Source: Wickerhamiella versatilis (lineage: Eukaryota). From it: a stretch of DNA of 64,000 bases. Shown piece after piece: positions 59,364 to 64,000 of the stretch. The number at the start of each line of letters is the position of its first letter. The stretch's first letter is position 1. A model generated the notes under the pieces. The model was not told where the DNA came from. It was given only the letters and a program-made list of their open reading frames with translations, and searched no databases. The stretch is taken from contig JAQOWU010000007.1 of assembly GCA_030867685.1 (NCBI GenBank), forward strand, positions 558,001 to 622,000. The letters run 5' to 3'. The position numbers were made by a program, and so were the translations under genes.

Positions 59364-59558
59364 CTACAGATTCGAATGGGCACAGTTGGCACATGCACAC
59401 ACATCTGTGCCACAACAGCATTCCTTAGCACCTTGCTGCGAGCTACACTGGCAGATCTCAAGTGTGGCACTTGCAGTCTCAATTTTTACTGGTTGACGTT
59501 TTTCGGTCTTCTGCGATGATGAGCAGCATCCAGTCTTTTTCTCAGAGCAACAGGGCAT
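59364..59558 (-). CDS. Small Cys-rich metallothionein-like protein
   Basis: 64 aa, 12 Cys in CC/CxC/CCC/CxCxxC clusters, no aromatic residues; preceded by a long (about 500 bp) upstream region. Confidence 0.65.
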   Translation of the reverse strand: MPCCSEKKTGCCSSSQKTEKRQPVKIETASATLEICQCSSQQGAKECCCGTDVCACANCAHSNL

Positions 59559-60057
59559 ATTTTCAGTTATGGTAGCGCTTTCCGTTGTGGTTTTAAGTAG
59601 TCAACTTTATAATCCACCCTCAGCGGTCACGTTGCCTCCTATCTGGGGCATACTAAGCGAGATGGGCAAATAAGAGATAAGAAGGTGACCCTCTAATTGT
59701 TAACCAAATGTAATAAAGGGGATATGTTGTTTTGCACTGTATAAAGGTCTCAAAGGATCTATTCTTTGAATACACTCTATTCCTCCGGAGGCAATGGAAT
59801 ACCTACAGGCTGATTGATCTCAATGTATCGAATGCCGACCCTAATTACTAATCGAAAGGTTCGTATTTCCCGGACAAAAGGAGGCTGGGGGATTTAAAGT
59901 TTGCAAATATTTAAATTCGTTGCACGGAAGTATGTTCTAATTCTCGAAATTCCACGATAGTAGAGGAATGGTGCCTATCTGTCTCAGCCCCTGAATTATC
60001 GAGAAGTGATGTGTCAATAAGTTATCTCAGTTATATAAAAATAAAATCAAAAAAAAT

Positions 60058-60154
60058 AGCCCTACGTGGGGGTCGAACCCACAACCTTGTGATGACTTTT
60101 ATCTCTTTCGAGATTTTTAAGAGTCACACGCTCTGCCGATTGAGCTAGCAAGGC
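60058..60154 (-). tRNA. tRNA-Lys(CTT) with a 24-nt intron, downstream copy
   Basis: Reverse complement GCCTTGC...TGTGA-CT-CTT-A[intron]A-TCACA...GGTTCGACC...GTAGGGC-T, followed by a T8 terminator. Confidence 0.95.
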
Positions 60155-60167
60155 ATTGGATAAGAAA

Positions 60168-60264
60168 AGCCCTACGTGGGGGTCGAACCCACAACCTTGT
60201 GATGACTTCTATCTCTTTCGAGATTTTTAAGAGTCACACGCTCTGCCGATTGAGCTAGCAAGGC
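60168..60264 (-). tRNA. tRNA-Lys(CTT) with a 24-nt intron, upstream copy
   Basis: Identical to the other copy except one intron base (60209 vs 60099); 13-nt spacer between copies. Confidence 0.95.
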
Positions 60265-60609
60265 TTGTTCTTGGATACTTGCGCCACCACAAACCTACTT
60301 ATGCCTAGAGATCTAAAGATCCCAGATCTAATGCATATTATAGACTTCGATATTGCACTAGAAGAACTCTAATTATCGAAATAATTAGTTTTTATAGTGT
60401 GTTCTTGAAAATAATTATCTTGGACGCTCTTGATTTCTTGTAGTGCGGTAACATGTCGGTTTTCAAATCACCGTCTAATTGAGAAAAAAAAGTTTTTTTT
60501 TAGAGACTCAAGATCAGTTTTCCAATAAATGATTTTCTCATTTTTGTAATGAGTGGACTATACTTTCGCTTTTACTTATTATACGAGGTTTTTTTTATCT
60601 GGGTTTGTC

Positions 60610-62463
60610 ATGGGCCGCTCGCGGCCGTGCGATGCATGCCGACGTCGTAAAAGCCGCTGTATACAGGACAGTCGGGGGCGATGTCAATACTGTGAAAAGA
60701 ATAGTCTAAGTTGCGTCCGTAGCGAGCCAGCGAAGTCGGAGCCTATAAAACTTCCTGAAGTTGCTCCTCTGGCCACACCTCCTCAGCCACCACCGGATCT
60801 AGGAAAAAGAGTAGTCCCCCCAGAATATGACTGCGCTGCATTTCTCGGACCGAGCTCTAGTGAGGATCCCGTTTTGCTCCGTTATTATGAACGAGATCCT
60901 AATGGGATAATAAGGTTCGTGAACCAAGGTATACATATTGTCGAAGACCAGCAAAACCAGCCAACCTGTTTCTTCTTATACCAGAAAAATGATGATGATG
61001 TCAATCCTTTCCAAACAAGCTTGGATGAGCAGTATGATTCCGTCTCCAGCATAGTTGCGCCATACAAGGATCAACTGCTGGCCTTGTACTTTCATTTCAT
61101 TGACTGGACGTATCCTGCAGTCGATAAGGCAGAGTTTTACGATGGCTACTATTTCAACCAAAAAAACCTGAATCGCGGACTTCTTTGTGGGATGTTAGCA
61201 TTAAGTTGCATTTATTGGAAATACAATGCACGTCTTTGCGTTAAGCCCATGCCACCCAACCTCCCTCAGTATTTGTGGCAACTGTGTCAACACTATATTG
61301 ATGAGGAAATTGCACATGGGCCCACGCTTTCGACCTTACAAGCTCTCTTATTGTATTGCCAAAAGAGAATGCCGCGTGACAACACTGCAGAGCAGATTTC
61401 GGGTAGCATTCAGAGAGGCAAACTGGTTAGTTTGGCTTTCTCCCTGGGCCTTCATGTAGATCCTTCAAACTGGTCAATTGGGGATCATGAAAAACGGACT
61501 CGTCGCCGGCTCTGGGCGTTGGTCTATTGTGTGGACAAGTGGACCGCAGAGTCATCAGGACAACCCTCATTGCTTTTCAGTGAACGTAGTATCACCCCGG
61601 TGTTTACTAGCACTTTTAAGCAAGAACAGCTATTTGTTCAAACAGTACGCCTTACCCAAATTCTCGCTGATATCCTTCGTGACCTCTATGACAACCAGGC
61701 AAGATTTGATCCGAATTGGAACCCGAGCTCGCCAACAACTATTTCTCTCGTAGATAAGTACATGAAGATGCTAACCCAGTGGCGTAGTTCACTTCCTGAG
61801 AGCATAGCGAATATGGCTGCTCGCACGAAATCCAACTACTGTAGGAATGGTATGATCCACCTGTCTGCTTTGACCGTGGAAACCCTCCTCCTCCGAATTT
61901 TGCTTCACCCACGCAGCATGGCTTCTTCTCAATTCCATAAATACCGCTCTCAAGGGAGAGACTTGGTAGGAAGAATCATTCAATTCACTGGAGAGATCAC
62001 CCATTCACATTTGCATGCATTCTGGTTGTCCTGGTGTTCTGTTAATTTCTCGCAAGTTGCTCATTTTGTGTTATACTACCATGCTCAGTCGAGTGAGGAA
62101 GAACGCAAAGAAAACAAGCCGTTGATGCGAAAATGGCTTTGGGCCCTTCGAGTTCTGTCGAATGCGTGGCAGGAGGGAACAGGCTTGGCCACTTTGCGTA
62201 TGGACGAGGTGTTTTATATGGGTGAGACAAATGTACATGTACCTATGCCGGTACCAGACGATAGTCAAGAGGTCCTGGGCCTTGAGGAAGATATGAATTT
62301 CATGAATGACGACATCATCCCAATCAGCGAGCAAGACCAGATGTTCTCATTGCATGAATTGGATGAGGTTTCTGAGCCGGGCATGGAGGTACTTGATCAG
62401 GATCTACTGACAACATCATTGCGTGATATATTCAGCAAATATACATCTCAGGATATGTTTTGA
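60610..62463 (+). CDS. Zn(II)2Cys6 transcription factor with a fungal MHR domain (Dal81/TamA-like)
   Basis: RPCDACRRRKSRC...C..C......C, LGPSS.ED..LL, LGLH.DP..W.I, RRRLW..VY..DKW. Confidence 0.85.
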   Translation: MGRSRPCDACRRRKSRCIQDSRGRCQYCEKNSLSCVRSEPAKSEPIKLPEVAPLATPPQPPPDLGKRVVPPEYDCAAFLGPSSSEDPVLLRYYERDPNGIIRFVNQGIHIVEDQQNQPTCFFLYQKNDDDVNPFQTSLDEQYDSVSSIVAPYKDQLLALYFHFIDWTYPAVDKAEFYDGYYFNQKNLNRGLLCGMLALSCIYWKYNARLCVKPMPPNLPQYLWQLCQHYIDEEIAHGPTLSTLQALLLYCQKRMPRDNTAEQISGSIQRGKLVSLAFSLGLHVDPSNWSIGDHEKRTRRRLWALVYCVDKWTAESSGQPSLLFSERSITPVFTSTFKQEQLFVQTVRLTQILADILRDLYDNQARFDPNWNPSSPTTISLVDKYMKMLTQWRSSLPESIANMAARTKSNYCRNGMIHLSALTVETLLLRILLHPRSMASSQFHKYRSQGRDLVGRIIQFTGEITHSHLHAFWLSWCSVNFSQVAHFVLYYHAQSSEEERKENKPLMRKWLWALRVLSNAWQEGTGLATLRMDEVFYMGETNVHVPMPVPDDSQEVLGLEEDMNFMNDDIIPISEQDQMFSLHELDEVSEPGMEVLDQDLLTTSLRDIFSKYTSQDMF

Positions 62464-62659
62464 ATCGTGTTACGATGTGGTATGAGATGATGCATCGTCT
62501 GCGAAAAATCAGCTCAAATGAGGCTGTATAATATCTTTTGAACAATAGCACTAGTATTTATTATGATATATATGTATATAGTTTTCAGTGACTCAATGTT
62601 TAAAGGAAATCGCTAGTTGTTGACAAAGTACCAACCAGTCTCAGTTATGTGATATTTCT

Positions 62660-63676
62660 ATGACTCAGGATTTCGAAACGTCTTTAAAACAGTTGGAGGC
62701 GGCTGTACAACAGTCACAAACCGCTGACCAGCAAAAAGCTGCCCTACAACGGTTGGTGACTGCATATCCTCTTCTCTATGGCTATTGGATGCAACTAGTG
62801 GCTCTTGACCCATCAGCTTGGGAACAAGCACTAGATGCTTGCCCTTCCGTGGAGCTCTGGCATCATTATCTTCAGACGCATCCCTCTGAAGAAAATTTTC
62901 AAAAAGCAGTAAGTGTTGTTGGCCGCTTTTTTCGCTCGCACCCTGTATGGGATCTTTATCTTGCAAAAACCACGAACAAAGGTGAGGTCCTAAGCATGGT
63001 AACAAAGATTCCTCTATATAATTATGGCAATTATGCTGGGGCCGCTTTGCAGTTTGGAATTGAGCCGAACAAAATAGAAATGGCCAAGGCAGTTAGTGAA
63101 CGATGGGCCTTTGAATCAAAAATCTCACGACCATATTTCCACGTCGTTCCAATCGATGAATATGAGCTCCGCGTTTGGGATACATACCTGGATTATGAAG
63201 AAGCCCAGGGTGACCTTGAGCAAACAAAGGCTTTGTATATCCGATGTCTCGTGTCAACTGCTCTGTATCCAGGTTTTTGGCTGCGTTATATCAGATGGGT
63301 ATCTGCATTCAATTCACAGCAAGCATTGGACGCCGCTCAAAAAGCAAGACATTATCATCCTGAAAATCTTGAGCTCCGCTTGTGGCATGCTTTCCTTCTT
63401 GAGAAAGAAGGTGCATTGGAAGAAGCCTTAAATCTTCTCTCGGAAGATACTAATCTACGAGACGTGTACAAGGCAATGTGCGAAAGGGCACATGTAGACC
63501 CCCATGGTAGTCGTGAGGGCTTATTGTCTGATACTACGCCTGAAAAAGAAACGGATAGGGATACACTCAGATTAAATGAGGCTAGAGCAAAAGGTGATTT
63601 GGGCCAATTTTTCACTCTTGATCTGAAACAAAATGGGTACCCCTCTGTAGATAGCGTCCAGCAAGTTTTGGAATAG
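62660..63676 (+). CDS. PRP39: HAT-repeat U1 snRNP protein Prp39-like, shortened
   Basis: YPLLYGYW, SVELW..Y, SHPVWD.YL, RW.FE..I.RPYFHV, LY.RCLV..A.Y..FWLRY. Confidence 0.85.
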   Translation: MTQDFETSLKQLEAAVQQSQTADQQKAALQRLVTAYPLLYGYWMQLVALDPSAWEQALDACPSVELWHHYLQTHPSEENFQKAVSVVGRFFRSHPVWDLYLAKTTNKGEVLSMVTKIPLYNYGNYAGAALQFGIEPNKIEMAKAVSERWAFESKISRPYFHVVPIDEYELRVWDTYLDYEEAQGDLEQTKALYIRCLVSTALYPGFWLRYIRWVSAFNSQQALDAAQKARHYHPENLELRLWHAFLLEKEGALEEALNLLSEDTNLRDVYKAMCERAHVDPHGSREGLLSDTTPEKETDRDTLRLNEARAKGDLGQFFTLDLKQNGYPSVDSVQQVLE

Positions 63677-63891
63677 CCATGGACTCCACACAAGCGACTC
63701 ATGGTGCATACTTAATTCTCTGCATTGTTATAATAGTGATTTAATTTAAATTGCATTCTATTTTTTTTTCTTTCATTGCATTAATTTCACACGTTAAATA
63801 AAGAGAATTGGCAGTAAATAAACGTAGATGGATACGCGAAGTTCCTCAAAAATCAAACTTGGCCATTCGTTTCACCCGCATAGATTACGTC

Positions 63892-64000
63892 ATGGAGGTA
63901 TTCTTTCGGCCAGACCGTATATTTGCAGTCGCGGGCGCTTCAAATGATCCCAAGAAGTTTGGATATAAAGTTTTAAAGTGGTACATCGATCGAAATTTAC
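63892..64000 (+). CDS. CoA-binding (YccU-like Rossmann) protein, 5' part; runs off the window
   Basis: Manual translation MEVFFRPDRIFAVAGASNDPKKFGYKVLKWYIDRNL contains the AV.GAS.D..K.G motif; absent from the ORF track. Confidence 0.75.
   Translation, partial: MEVFFRPDRIFAVAGASNDPKKFGYKVLKWYIDRNL

Noticed and set aside
1-62463. DUR1,2 plus Dal81-like factor as a nitrogen-catabolism cluster
   Set aside because: About 58 kb apart and separated by some 40 unrelated genes.

Overview
Eukaryotic, not prokaryotic, DNA: a very gene-dense budding-yeast (Saccharomycotina) chromosome segment with about 42 protein-coding genes and 3 intron-containing tRNA genes. I recognised no spliceosomal intron, transposon or CRISPR array. 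CTG falls at conserved Leu positions (e.g. TKL1 ALSRQ), so the standard code applies and this is not the CUG-Ser clade. Retained U2AF1, Rtf2 and GLTP, together with tiny intergenic gaps and shortened proteins, suggest a compact-genome early-branching yeast such as the Wickerhamiella/Starmerella group (inference only). Most genes are housekeeping (DUR1,2, TKL1, MET18, TAO3, TOP2, BUD2, IMP4, LAT1, RNH201, MSK1, CDC3, SUV3, TRM61, UTP14, PRE8, PAN2). I cannot demonstrate a new multi-gene system. The best leads are: (1) a structured, possibly pseudoknotted ncRNA candidate with an Sm-like site between MET18 and TAO3; (2) H/ACA-like RNA candidates; (3) head-to-head gene pairs only 17-61 bp apart; (4) a U2AF1 with substitutions at the positions equivalent to human S34 and R156/Q157, next to Rtf2; (5) an HGSNAT/NagX-like acetyltransferase; (6) a degenerate SUN-domain protein and divergent kinetochore proteins; (7) a tandem, possibly dicistronic tRNA-Lys pair; (8) a small metallothionein-like ORF. 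All homology calls are from motif recognition by eye, not database searches.
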